A DNA stretch of 64,000 nt from the human T2T-CHM13v2.0 reference genome, Homo sapiens. The notes below the pieces were generated by a model that ran no database searches, had not been told where the DNA came from, and saw only the letters and a program-made list of their open reading frames with translations. The stretch lies in assembly GCF_009914755.1 (NCBI RefSeq), contig NC_060937.1; one strand, given 5' to 3'. Shown here in pieces: positions 12,450 through 24,594 of this stretch. Positions within the stretch are counted from its first letter, which is position 1, and each line of letters begins with the position of its first letter. The position numbers and the translations under genes are program-made.

Positions 12450-12885
12450 TTTTCTGACAGTGTTGCCCATGGGCCACCTACGTCAGGGTTCCCTGGAAAC
12501 ATCTCATAATGCAGACGCCTGACCCCTGCGTCAGACTGGCTAAGTCAGAGCCTTGGAGGTGGTGCTGAGGAACCTGCATTTCCACAAACTCCCCGGTGAT
12601 GCTGCTGCACACTAACGTTTGGGACCCGCTAGTCAAGGAAGGCTGTTTCTGGCCAGGGGTGTCTACAGGCCCGTGTTGTAGAGCGGGTACGCCAAGGCTC
12701 TCTCCACAGCTCCGTCTCGGCTGGGGGCGTTTGCATCTGAATCAGCTGTGGAACTTGCTCCAAATAGCGGTGCCCAGGTACCTGCCTGGAGATTCTGATT
12801 CCTGATGTCTGGCAAGAACCTGGGCACCTCGTTTTTATCAAGCCCCCCAGGCATCTCAGATTCAAACAAGGAAAACCACTGCAGA
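12450..12885. mobile_element. Two adjacent decayed MER5-family (hAT-Charlie) elements
   Basis: aacctgcatttccacaaactccccggtgatgctgctgcacactaacgtttggga, and gagattctgattc...tttttatcaagccccccagg...aaccactg. Confidence 0.65.
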
Positions 12886-13054
12886 CTAAAAGTCCCGTGA
12901 AACTGCACTAGACTAAAAGCCCCATGAAAGTACCCTCAAGTGAGTCTCAGGGGAACTCATGGTCTCCGCTGCTGAAGGGATCAAGTCTAGCTGAGATGCA
13001 CGAATTTGTTCCAGGCCATGTAGTTACTGAGGGGCCTGGCTGGAAGGCAGGTGT

Positions 13055-13465
13055 CCGGAGCCAAATCCGCCACCTCCCAGCACTGCAGAAGGCCTCTCTG
13101 CCTCCCTGCAACCTCCCAGCCCTGCAGAAGGCCTCTCTGCCTCCCTTCCTCTCCCTTCCTCCACAGAGCCAAATCCGCCACCTCCCAGCACTGCAGAAGG
13201 CCTCTCTGCCTCCCTTCCTCTCCCTCCCTCCAGAGCCAAATCTGTTACCGCCCAGTCCTGCAGAAGGCCTCTCTGCCTCCCTTCCTCTCTCTGCCTCCCT
13301 TCCTCTCCCTGCCTCCCTTCCTCTCCCTGCCTCCAGAGCCAAATCTGTTACCGCCCAGTCCTGCAGAAGGCCTCTCTGCCTTCCTTCCTCTCTCTGCCTC
13401 CCTTCCTCTCCCTGCCTCCCTTCCTCTCCCTGCCTCCAGAGCCTGGCCAGCCGACCTCCCAGCTC
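13055..13465. repeat. Complex pyrimidine-rich minisatellite with nested 18-bp subrepeat
   Basis: Five copies of ctgcagaaggcctctctgcc. Headers gagccaaatccgccacc x2 and gagccaaatctgttaccg x2. Internal ctgcctcccttcctctc(c/t) repeats. Confidence 0.9.
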
Positions 13466-13734
13466 CAAGGTCTCCCTCCTGGCTGGCTGTGAGATGGGGA
13501 GGCTGATGTGTATAAACTACAGGACTGGCATTGTTTCTGGCTGAGAAATTAGTTGTAAACACATATCTCTTCAACCAACAGGGCCTTCTGTGTGCCCAGA
13601 ACTCTTTTAGGTGATGGAGATGTAAAGCTGAGATGTACCAAGTCCCTGCTGGGCCAGAGCACAGGGGTAAGAGAAACAGAGATGGCATGGAACTCAGGGC
13701 CAACCCGGAGAGGATGCATTACACTTCAAAAGTC

Positions 13735-13945
13735 CATGGAGATTTGCAGAGAAGTTGCCAAGATGCTACAGTCAGTTCCTGTGTAATCCACACCATTTCC
13801 AAGCTGTTAAGCTCTTACATTAGGATGATACATTTGACTTAACTAAGGGACCATTGTTGATACTTTGTTATTAACTAAAATTCACACTTTTCTACTTTCC
13901 TTCTTTCTGATGTAAATGTCCTTTTTCTATTTCAGGATGCCGTCC
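13735..13945 (-). mobile_element. L1MC/L1MD-type 3' UTR fragment
   Basis: tcttacattaggatgatacatttg...ttgatactttgttattaactaaa...aatgtcctttttctatttcaggat. Confidence 0.7.
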
Positions 13946-14206
13946 ACTTTTTCTTAAAACGTTGCAATTGCTGAGTTGCCAGGCACTATGCTAAATGCTT
14001 CACGTGCATGTTTAAAAACTTTATGCCTTCAAGGCCCTGACTTGGGAACATTAGTGACTTGCTCAGAGATGAACCCTGATATGCCTCAGACCTGAATGCG
14101 AAGCCCACGTTTGTCTTGGTCCAGGGCGCACATTCTTAGTACTGTGCTGCTGCTTCTTCTTGGGAGGGTGCGGAGGTGACCAGGGAGGCTGTGGTGTTGA
14201 TGGTGC

Positions 14207-14515
14207 TCCCAGTGCAGAACCCCCAATGCAGGACCCCCAATGCAGGATCCCCTGTGCAGAGACCCAAATGCAGAACCCCCAGTGCAGAACGCCCAATGTA
14301 AGACCCAAATGCAGAACCCACAGTGCAGAATCCCAAATGTGGGACCCCAATGCGGAACCCAAATGCAGGACCCCAAATGCAGGACCCCAATGCAGAACCC
14401 CAATGTAGGACCCTAGTGCAGGGCCCCAAATGTGGGACCCCAGTGCAGAACCCCCAATGCAGAACCCCAACGCATATCCCCCAATGCAGGGCCCCAAATG
14501 CAGGACCCCCAGTGC
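14207..14515. repeat. Minisatellite, 13-14-bp unit (cccaatgcaggacc / ccaaatgcagaacc), about 22 copies
   Basis: Regular recurrence of a(a/g)tgcag(a/g)acccc. The minus strand is G-tract rich. Confidence 0.93.
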
Positions 14516-14753
14516 CTACAGACGGCTGTCTTCTCTGTGTCCACATATGGTCTCCCACTGTGTGTCTGTGTCCTAATCTCCTCCCGTTAGGACGCCCGCC
14601 TCTCAGAACTGGATCAAGGTCCACCCCAATGACATCATTTTACCTTCATCGCCTCAGTAATGACCCGATCTCCAAATACAGTGGCATTCTTAGGTATTGT
14701 GGCTTAGGACTTCAACACATGAATTTCAAGGGAATACAGTCTAGCCCAGCACA
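14516..14753 (-). mobile_element. MaLR LTR fragment, MLT1B-like
   Basis: tgtgtctgtgtcctaatctcc...ccaccccaatgacatcatttta...tctccaaatacagt...ttaggacttcaacacatgaattt...cccagcaca. Confidence 0.8.
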
Positions 14754-16319
14754 GCAGCCTTCCCTGTCCTGGCCCCGACAAGTGATAGCAGGAAAAGGGG
14801 TGTTTTGGAACCCAAGAGGGGGCTGCATTTTGCCCTGAGGCTGCAAGTCAATACCATCAGAAATTGTGGCTTCATCCTCGTGACTTTGGTCGTCTTGATC
14901 AACCACATCTTATGAATAAGAACATCACTTTCTATTTTCAAATGTCTAAAACTAGCCTCCATGTTATTTTCTTTTTAGGCTTTCTATACATTTTTCATAA
15001 CTTAAAATTATAAGAAGCTTAAATCATTAAATGTTTTCAAAATCAGAAAAATTGTCCTGAGGAATTTGGAGCCTCGGTCGTTTTAAATCACTCTACGTAT
15101 GCCTTTCCCGGGGCTGTGTTTAGGAGGCAGGCTCTCCTGGTGGGCTTCTTCCAGTTCCTGTGCCTCCTTCTGACCCCTTCCTGTCATCCACCTTCCACGG
15201 ATCTCGGCAGGGAAACCTTTCCCACAATTAAGGTGCGCCGAGAGGATCCATCTGCTTTGTGTGATCTTGTCAGAGATGTGGCACTGTAATCCAGCTGTTG
15301 ATTGAAATCTAATTCCCGTTCACTTTTCCCGGCCTGGGCGAGGCCAGTTGCCTGTTTTCCACCTTCCTTCCCTGTTCTGTACCTGCCACCTGATCAGAGA
15401 TGACGGCATAATTGATTTCCAAGCCTTAGCTGAGGCCTTGAAATTGCCTTTGTTGGTGGTTGGTTGAGGTTGTCACATGTTGGGGATGAAGGAAAAGCCA
15501 CGTCAGGATTCTTTCTGCCCAACAGGTGGGTTCCCGGCTGCAGAAGGCAGCTCCCCATGGGCAGCTGGGGATGATGGTCACGGCCAGGGAATCGTCACAC
15601 ATGACACATGGTTGCTGGTGTTTTCATGTGACATCATCCCCCTTCTATCTTGGAGCGTCTTCTGGAAAATGCCTTGTTCTGATGCATATGATGAAGAAGA
15701 AGGCCCTGTGGATTCTCCTTGTAATGACTCGGGGCTTCTAAAGATAATCTATGAAGCGGAATTTCTGTTGACTTTGATCCTTTTTGGTGGTAACTACTAA
15801 GATGGAGGCTGAGCTGGCTTCAATGTCTCACAGCTGGTGCGCAGAGCTAAATGACAACTGAAATACGTCAAATATGCATCTCTCCTCTGGCCTCCTTCCC
15901 ACTTTTAGGACGTGATCACGTGACTACCTTGAAAGGGAGGGGCTGGTTTGTACGAACGTCTTCTTCCGCCTGGGCTTCCGCGTGTGCCATCTCCTTTCCC
16001 CTTTACCACCTGCTGCACTTTGCAGAGGATTTTCTAGACGCAGAGTTTTAGTAAGTGCCCAGGGCTGGACAGGCTGTGAGTGGTGCATGTGGGATTCACT
16101 ACCACACGCGTTCTCCTTCCGTCACACCCTCCTCCTGAACTGAGCACGGATCCAGCTGGACAGCCCTCGGCTTATATGGCTTTACAAATAGCTGTTTCAG
16201 AAAGAAGCCTGGACCGGCCAAAAGGGCCTTTGTGTACCAGGCAAACTGACTAACTCTGGATGTACGGACTCTTTTTTTTCTCCTAAGGGTGATATTTTGG
16301 GACCTTTTCTTTAAATGGC

Positions 16320-16650
16320 TTGCCAGGGCTGGGTTCCAGGAATACAGATTCTGAGACACATATTGAGATGTAGGAAGTTTGTTGGGGATTCTCCTCTGCA
16401 TGGGAGAGAGGAGGGCAGAACTGGGCACAGGGGCTGTTGAACGGCAGGCTGGGAAGACTGAGGTCCTCGCCAGCCCTATGAGGAAACCTGGGGCAGGGGC
16501 ACCCTACAGTGGGGTCACCCTCGGTCCTACACCATCAACTGAGGGACCCTCCCCCTAGGGTAGGCTGAGGGAGAGGCATTAGTGCCACTGTGGGGCTGTC
16601 TTGGGGTTAGGACCACCTGCCTAGCCGCTCACACGCTCCTGTCCCATGTC
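16320..16650. mobile_element. Probable ancient ERVL-class LTR fragment (LTR16/LTR33-like)
   Basis: gggttccaggaatacagattctgagac...ggaagtttgttgggga...aactgggcacaggggctgttgaac resembles recalled ancient ERVL LTRs; highly diverged. Confidence 0.45.
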
Positions 16651-19629
16651 CACGCATGAACGTCCTGCTAGAGTGTCTGGACCCCATGCCCCTGCCTGTC
16701 CCCAACTCATGCCGTTCTGATGACGCTGTCACTCGTTGTCTGCTGACAAGTGCTCAGTCTCTGCCGAGGCCCTGCAGCATGTCCCAGGCCTTTTGCAAGT
16801 GGCACGTGGTTCTTTAAAGTAGCGGCCAGCATGGCCTTGCTGTGGGACCCTCAAGGCCTAGGGGGAGCCTCCCTCTGGCTGGCTGAAAACTCAACATGAC
16901 ATTTTCCCACCAGGTGTTCCTTTAGGTCTGCAGTGTCTTCCAGGCCAGAGGGCAAGGAGAGGGCCACTTATACCAACCCCAGGCCCCCTGCATGCCCTTG
17001 TCCTTCTCTGGGTCCCAACCACAGCTGGGAGCTTGTGCTGTCACTGGGTATATGTTGAAACCACATTCCAGAGGCTGCAGCATGAGGCCTCTATGGCCCA
17101 AAGACGACCCCTGTGGTTCCACTAGAGGAGGTGGAGGTGGAGGATGATGACTTCGTCTTTGTTTTGGAGGCCATCCCAGCGTAGCTGCACTAATGTGGTG
17201 GCCCCTGACCCTTCTGGGGCTGACCTCCCGCCCTTGGAGAGCTTGCATCTAGCACGCCTCTCACGTCTGGCCCTTGAAGTCTGATGACCTTGACCCACCA
17301 GCACAGGGGGCCAAGGGGATGCTCTGTGGAGAGCTGGGACATGGGGGTCCCTGAGGACGGAAGGCAGGGGGTTCACACACCCCTGCAGCGAGACCACAAA
17401 GGCATCCCACATCTCCCATCGGTGTCACTGTTTCTGGTCCTACTTCCTGTGAGAGATGGGAACCCACGTGCTTTTCAGGTCAACGCTGGTCCCACATCCC
17501 CGACGCCACGGGACCCTTCCAGCACAGATGCCAGGGCAGGCGCAGGCAGCACCCAGGCATGCACTGTTGGGTTGGTTATTGCTCCAGGCTTCCTGGTGAG
17601 CTACTTGGAGATGTGGCAGGATGGCCCATGCACCCTTTAGGCTCTTCTGGAATTCATCTGTGGCTTGCTCATCCATTTGGCAAGGGGACAACTTTGAGGC
17701 TTCTATCTGAATCTCTTCATGCTGAGGGCTCTTACCCCATGGGCCATTCCAATCTCACAGAACATTTCCACTCCAGGTGTACAGCTAGGAACTGAGAAGA
17801 CAGCCATCATCCAGGTCTGTGGGGCCAGATGGGGTGGGACTCCATTTATTACCCAGCTCCCAGCAGGCCCACCCAGACATCGATGTCTGCAGACATTGAT
17901 ATTAAACTACACCCCGTGCCTCTAAATGTCTGCATGCTCCCTCTACCTGAGGCACAGTGACCCCAGCAATGGCCGAAGGTCCACTTTGACAGGGTGGAGA
18001 ATGAATCACCGTATACCTTGCGTGAATCACCATTGTCCAAGCCACGGAGGCGTGGCTTGGACATGTCACAGCAGTTGGTCTAGCTGGAATCAGCCCAGCA
18101 CATAACAACAGCTTAATGGGGCTGCTTGGCCACCTCATGACCGAACCCTGAAGGAGTCAGGAAATGTCAAGTTGACCTGTTTTGGAGTTTTTTTTAGTTA
18201 AACTCTTTAAGATCATTGGTGTATGCTGCCCACACCTGTCCACCAGGGGACACTAGGAACTCAAGATACACTAACGAGTCTGTGCCCTGTCTTAAGGAAG
18301 CTGGCTAGGAGGTTCTAGCACTGTCTCTCTTTCCCACTGCACCTCGGGTGTCCCCATCCCAGCCATCACTGGCTGTACCTGCACAGCCTCCATGACAGCA
18401 TGAGGAGGACGTGGGAGGGGTGAAGGTGGCACCTCCAGGGCTGCCGCTGTTCTAACTCCAGTGGTAACAGAGCATCTCATGGTCAGCCCCTTCGTCCTCA
18501 TTACCCAAACCTGGCTCTTCCCCGGTGGCACTTCCTGCCCCGCGTTTCCAGCTGCAGCTCCTCCAGGCCTCCTTGGCGATCCATTTTTGAGGAGCCTTCC
18601 TCCCTAGAGATGAGGGTGCTGCTTGCCTAGTTTGAGGTTCTGGCAAGCATTTTGAAAAGGATCTTTCTGATTGTTCTGTTCCTTTAAACTTTTAATTTTC
18701 AATTGCCACTGACCCTGAAGAAAGCAGAGGTCCTGAAAAGTGAGAGACCCAGGGGCGTGGGTTTCCACTGCAAAAAGTGCAGCGAAAATGTTTGGAGTCA
18801 CCGAAGACAATTAAGTGTCAGGCAGGACTGTATTAACCAGGCCATCGGGTCTCAATTTAAAACGGGAATGGTGTTTCTGTTTGAGGGATCTTGTGTATAA
18901 ACATATCAACCTAGTTAAATTTGTTAGCTCGTACCTTGAATTTTGGCTTCCAAATGTAGCTATTTGACCAACTGGGGAAGTTTCTTAGAGGATGTGGGAT
19001 TTGAACTGGCCTTTTGGGAGAGACTGGGTGAGTGTGGGGCGGTGGGAAGTTCCGAATGGGGACAGCGCCGAGCGCAGCCCAGGTGGGAGAGCAGGGCAAG
19101 GGTTTGGGAAACAGACTCACTGGCCATCGCTTGCCTCCTGGCCTTGGCTTTCTAAGCAGACAGGCAAAGTGGGACTGCCAAGATGTCTGTTTCTTGTTTA
19201 AAATACGGTTTTCTCTGTGGTGTTTGGCTGTTTCCTTATTGCTTAACATTCATCGGGTACGAGGATTGAGGGTGGGAGATGCCCTATAATCACAGAAGCT
19301 CTGGCTCTCGTCAGTTACACACGCGCATCTGTATAAGAAAGGTTGCACAAAGCTGCACTGGTGCGGGGGCGAGAGCCATGGCTGAGTCGCCCAGTGCTAG
19401 TGCAGTGGCCTGGGTGTGCTCAGCATGCAAATAAATGCAAACATTTTGAATGAACATGTCACACGCATGCACACATGTGCACACATAACACAACATGTAC
19501 ACATGCATCTAGACTTTTGTACAGCTATGATCTGGAGTTAGTAGAGAGCCTCTGATGATAAGTTGTCCATATTTAGCTGTAATCTGGAGTCAATATTCCG
19601 TAGGTCACTGCCGCTCAAGCCTGAGTGTG

Positions 19630-19768
19630 TGTGCAAGTCCCCAGGCACCTGGGTAGAATGCAGATTCTGATTCAAGGGGCTTGGAGGGGCGTGACATTCT
19701 GTGTTTCCAGCAAGCTCCTGGGAGATGTTGAGCTGCTAGTTCGTGGCCCACACTTTGAGTAGCAAGGC
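19630..19768. mobile_element. MER5A fragment
   Basis: aatgcagattctgattca...ttccagcaagctcctgggagatg...cccacactttgagtagcaagg. Confidence 0.8.
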
Positions 19769-20399
19769 TCTGTGCCTATTAGCGAGCGAGCTCTGCTGGC
19801 AGTCACTGATGTCCTCTGCCTGCTGCAGAGGAGGAGCCTGGTTATCAGAGCCGCCGCCTGGGTGTGACCCATCCTCCCTGAAGATGCTGCCCTCTCCCTG
19901 GCAGGTCTGAGGCTTGCCCACTGGTGTGCAGCTGGAGCATCTTAGTGGCTTGAGTCCAACGTTGACCCTTGGCCAACTGGGCAACCCCTCTATTCTTGAC
20001 CCCTGCAAGGCCTCTGGCTCTCTGTTGGGTGCTTTGTGTTGGGGAGTCACCGGCAGCCCCTAAGGGATGCATCCCGTCTGGTGCTAGGATCCCACAGCGC
20101 TGAGGCTGAAGGCTGTGGTCTCTGCTTTAGTGACTCTGCAGCCCTTGTCTTCACTTAGGATTCCCTAGAAGCTGACCGGAGACAGGACTTGAGTGTGGGC
20201 TCCTCCGGGAGGGCAGGTTAAAGGCATGAGCGCTGAGCCTGTCACCCTCCTGTGCTCCTGAGTGAGGAGAATCGCCAGCTGCCCAGACGTCCAAGTCAGA
20301 AAATGCTTTCTTTCACTAAACATGTCCAGTCAGCCTCAAATCTACTCCTAAGGAGCCCCCGGCTGCTACTTCTCGGAGCCCTCACCCCAGCTGCTCCGG

Positions 20400-20635
20400 G
20401 CACTGCCACCCTCCCCTGGCCCCTGTGCATTTCCTAACTGATCTCTGCCCATCTCTCCTCCCCCCACCACCAGAGTGACCACCCGAAAACGTGAACTTAT
20501 CACTCTTCTGTGCAGAAGCATCCAGTGTCTTCTCCCTGCCCTTGGGATAAAGTCGGAGGCCCTCAGTGGCTTATACGCTATAGAACCTGGTCCTGCCTCC
20601 TCAAACCTGGGCCACGCAGTCACCCTCTCTCCAGC
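20400..20635 (+). mobile_element. L2 fragment
   Basis: ccagagtgacc...tcactcttctgtgcagaagcatccagtgtcttc...tgcccttgggataaagtc resembles the 3' end of L2 ORF2. Confidence 0.6.
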
Positions 20636-20789
20636 CAAAATAGTAACAAAATGACAGCGACTTATGATTGATTTTATTATACTATACTCATTATATAAGT
20701 TGTATGATGTATTAAAAAGAAATTTAATAGACATGTATCATAGGAGGCATTTGAATAGGAATGATTTATAGAAATGAACCCCATCTATT

Positions 20790-20985
20790 AATTTCTTACT
20801 AAGTATCAGGTACTGAGCTGGGCTCTTCTCAAATATCTCATTAAACCTTCACACAGCTGAGTGATGCAGCCGTGATTATCTTCCTCATACAGGTGGACAC
20901 TTTGACGTGGAAAAGGGTTTCAATTGCACAAGGCCACACGGCTAATAAATAGAAGGGTTTGTTTCCATCCACAAGTCTCAAAATC
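20790..20985 (-). mobile_element. MIR
   Basis: cttactaagtatcaggtactgagct...tatctcattaaaccttcaca...ttgcacaaggccacacggctaataaat. Confidence 0.65.
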
Positions 20986-21024
20986 GTCCAGTGGAATGGA
21001 TCTCCAAATTCTATGTAGCCACTA

Positions 21025-22388
21025 CGTGTGTGTGTCTGTGTGTGTCTCTGTGTGTGTACGTGTGTGTCTATGTGTTTCTGTGTATCTCTGTGTGTCTGTG
21101 TCCATGTGTGTCAGTGTGTACATCTCTTTGTGTGTCTGTGTGTGTCAGTCTGTGTGTCTGTTTCTGTGTGAGTCCCTGTGTGTCTGTGTGTGTCTCCGTG
21201 TGTGTCTGTGTTTCTGGATGTGTATGAGTCTATGTGTGTCTATGTGTGTCTGTGTCTGTTTGTGTGTGTCCATGTCTGTCCGTGTCTGTCTGTCTGTGTA
21301 TGTTTCTGTCTGTGTCTGTTTCTGTGTGTGTGTCTGTGTGCGTCTATCTGTGTCTGTGTCTATTTCTGTGATTTCTGTGTGTGTGTCTGTGTGTGTCTAT
21401 CTGTGTCTGTGTTTGTGTGTGTATGTCCATGTCTGTCTGTCTGTGTATGTTTCTGCGTGTGTGTCTGTTTCTGTGTGTGTGTCCCTTTGTGTCTGTGTGT
21501 GTCTCCATGGGTGTCTGTGTGTCTGTGTGTGTATGTCCATGTGTGTCTGTGTATGTGTCCGTGTGTGTTTCCGTGTCTGTTTCTGTGTGTCCGAGTCTAT
21601 GTTTCTGTGTGTATCTGTGTGTCTGTGTCTATGTCTGTTTCTGTGTATATGTCCATGTGTGTCTGTGTGTGTCTGTATCTGTGTTTGTGTGTGTGTCCAT
21701 GTCTGTCTGTGTATGTTTCTGCGTGTGTGTCTGTTTCTGTGTGTGTGTCCCTTTGTGTCTGTGTGTGTCTCCATGGGTGTCTGTGTGTCTGTGTGTGTGT
21801 GTGTCCATGTGTGTCTGTGTATGTGTCCGTGTGTGTTTCCGTGTCTGTTTCTGTGTGTCCGAGTCTATGTTTCTGTGTGTATCTGTGTGTCTGTGTCTAT
21901 GTCTGTTTCTGTGTATATGTCCATGTGTGTCTGTGTGTGTCTGTATCTGTGTTTGTGTGTGTGTCCATGTCTGTCTGTCTGTGTATGTTTCTGTGTGTGT
22001 GTGTCTCTGTGTGTCTGTCTGCGTCTGTTTCTGTGTGTGTGTGTCTCCATGTGTGTCTGTGTCTGTTTCTGTATGTGTGTGTCCATGTGTGTCTGTGTTC
22101 GTGTGTGTGTCTGTGTTTGTGTCTGTGTGTTTGTGTGTCTGTTTCTGTGTGTGTGTCTGTGTGTTTGTGTGTCTCTCTGTTTCTGTGTGTGTGTCTGTGT
22201 GTTTGTGTGTCTGTTTCTGTGTGTGTGTCTGTTTGTGTGTCTGTTTCTGTGTGTGTGTCTGTGTGTTTGTGTGTCTGTTTCTGTATGTGTGTCTGTGTGT
22301 TTGTGTCTGTCTGTTTCTGTGTGTCCATGTGTGTCTGTGTGTGTGTTTGTGTGTGTCCATGTGTGTCTGTTTATGTGTGTCTGTGTCA
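21025..22388. repeat. Long degenerate (TG)n / (TGTC)n-rich low-complexity array, about 1.36 kb
   Basis: Near-continuous TG with tctg, tttctg and ccatg interruptions. Source of the V/C/S-rich and H/T-rich spurious ORFs. Confidence 0.97.
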
Positions 22389-22702
22389 GGGGCAGGCACA
22401 TCTGGTGTGTTGTTCTGAGAAGATGGGAACACCTTGGGATGCGAGGCAGGTTTGTGCAGCCCCACCCTGCAAGGCGATGTCTCCATCCTGGATGGAGGTT
22501 TCTGCCATCAGCCTCCATGCAGAGCCAGGCGTCTCCCCAGGTTGCCTTATTTGACCCACGATGATTTAAATATCTGTGGTCTACCTTCCATGGGGAATTA
22601 GTTTTCATAACTGGGTGGAGTTTAAGCTACCTAGGATTTAAGTGATGCTTACTTGCTCTAGGTGATCTGGTTGAATGGTGTCAATCTAAGAGTGAGAATC
22701 AG

Positions 22703-22875
22703 GGCTGGGCACGGTGGCTCAAGCCAGCAGTCCCAGCCACTCAGGAGGCTGAGGTGGGAGGATCACTTGGGTCCTGGGGTCCAAGGCTGCAGTGAGCTCT
22801 GATTGCACCACTGCACTCCAGCCTGGGTGACAGAGCAAGACCCTGTCTCAAAATACATACATACGTAAATAAAAT
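22703..22875 (+). mobile_element. Alu monomer (FRAM/AluJ-type)
   Basis: ggctgggcacggtggctc...gaggctgaggtgggaggatcacttg...aggctgcagtgagc...cagagcaagaccctgtctcaaaa. The sequence gagaatc on both flanks is a possible TSD remnant. Confidence 0.88.
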
Positions 22876-23971
22876 TAGAGAATCTTATTTGCTTTAAAAA
22901 TGATGAAACTGAAATATCTGATTTGACATTCACAACCCACAAGTTTGAAGGAGAAAAATCCCATTAGCTTTTGCTCTCTTGACAGGAAAAGTAGATTATG
23001 CAGCCTGTCAGATCTTTCTAGATCACCCATTTTTCCTGAACCAGCAAGCTGACGTCATAAGCCATGGCAAAGTGTCCCCGCTGCTGGCCTGTCACCTGAT
23101 GCACTCGTGCTGCTCAATGGCACAATGAGTATTTTGTCCAAATCAATATTTTTCAGAGATCCTAACTAAACAATGCAATATTTTTACGGGTCTTCTTATA
23201 TCAGCACAGGGGTTTCTGCATATTTGGTAAACAACAGGAAGATTACAGCTCTTAAACTGTGAATTTTATTTGAGGTAACCGTCAATGGAACTTTTCTGCT
23301 TGTCTTAGTAAATCTTAGGAGTTCTCTACAATCAAATTCCCAGGTCTCTCTCATAGGGGCTTTGTAGGTAAAAGTGAAAAGTGATTCAAACATATGTGAG
23401 TTCAAAGTGAATTGTATAAATCATGACAAGGTAGGAGAAAGGTGTGTTACATAGTAGGAAAAAAAAGTGTCTTTGGAAATATGTGAGAAACTTTTTCTTT
23501 CCTTCACTCCCAGCCTCAACTTATAAACAAACTCTTCTCATATCTATTCTACCCTCAGAAAGAGCAAATTTCCAGGTGCAAGGAGTGGAGAAGTACAAAA
23601 CTGATTTGTAAAACAAAGGAATTAGTATAGAAAAAAAACTTGCTTAAAAAAACGGAATTAACTGATGCTATCTTGTACTTGGAAAAGCCTATAATAAAGA
23701 TGCATCAATTAGACACCTCCGTTATGATTGATGGGAGGACGTGCATATTATTTCTATTTACGATTCTCACAAGCTGCTTCTCACTGCCTTCCATCTTCCA
23801 CAAACAAAGGGTACCTCTTCCTACGCTCGCTGTCTCTCTTCTTAAATGTGAGAGGTGTGTGATGGGACTTGCTGGCTTTTTGGTTCCTTCCTGAAAGAAG
23901 GCGAATATAGGCCATGGGATGGTGATACATCTTCTCCTCTGTCTTTCTTTCTTCTCTTGTTTTCATTGCAG

Positions 23972-24144
23972 TAAACTTCGGTGCACACAGTTTCCTCAGT
24001 TTCAAGGTGCTTCTCCCTACAACCACCCCAATCCCATTTCTTCTAAGTAGCCCCTGGTTGGGAAGTCCTTTGAGAACACCCAGCCTCTCTTGTACCTGCA
24101 GCGGGCTCCCCACCTTGCAGACAGCAGGTGCTTGGAACTTGCTG
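23972..24144 (+). other. Candidate spliced exon (173 nt), probably non-coding
   Basis: A ~35-nt polypyrimidine tract ends in tttcattgcAG (AG at 23970-23971). Donor ctg|GTGAGT at 24144/24145. No transcript evidence available. Confidence 0.3.
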
Positions 24145-24594
24145 GTGAGTCAGAGGGAGAAGCGGAGGTGAAAAAGGAACCTGACCAGGGCAGGTCCTGC
24201 CCGGGCTCCCTGCCTCTGCTGCCAGGGGCTGCGCAGCCCTTCGAGGTAATGTGCATGGGCAGAGCTCCCAGAAGCAGCCTCTGTCCTCATCTGCTCTAGT
24301 GTTCAAAGTCTGCCTTCTTCCTTTCAAAAATATCTTCATCAATCTTACCTGTCTTTCTAATTTTTTTTTTGTTGGTTTAGCATTTATTTTCTGTTCCTAA
24401 ATCCTAATCTCACTTGTTCTTATTCTTTTTCATTTTACAACTAGTGGGTTTTAGACTTTTATCTTAATCTTCCCTCTCCTTCACCTTTGGAGCTTTTTAC
24501 CTCAGTGGTTTTCAGATTTAACTTTTATTTAAATCTCATCAACTATATCTTCTTTTCAACACTTACTTCTTTTTAAAGGATTTTACCCCACATG

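Noticed and set aside
14063-14838. Gly/Trp/His-rich and Pro/Gln/Cys-rich ORFs resembling keratin-associated or SPRR proteins
   Set aside because: Derived from the 13-14-bp minisatellite plus MLT1 sequence; the unit length does not preserve frame.
6270-22388. Long-range pairing between the CA-rich tract (6.3-6.6 kb) and the TG-rich tract (21-22.4 kb)
   Set aside because: Complementarity is trivial for dinucleotide repeats, I see no shared unique sequence, and they are about 15 kb apart.
20924-22608. 546, 458, 345, 285 and 247 aa ORFs
   Set aside because: Translations of the TG-rich simple repeat (V/C/S or H/T/Q runs), open in many frames because the repeat lacks stop codons.
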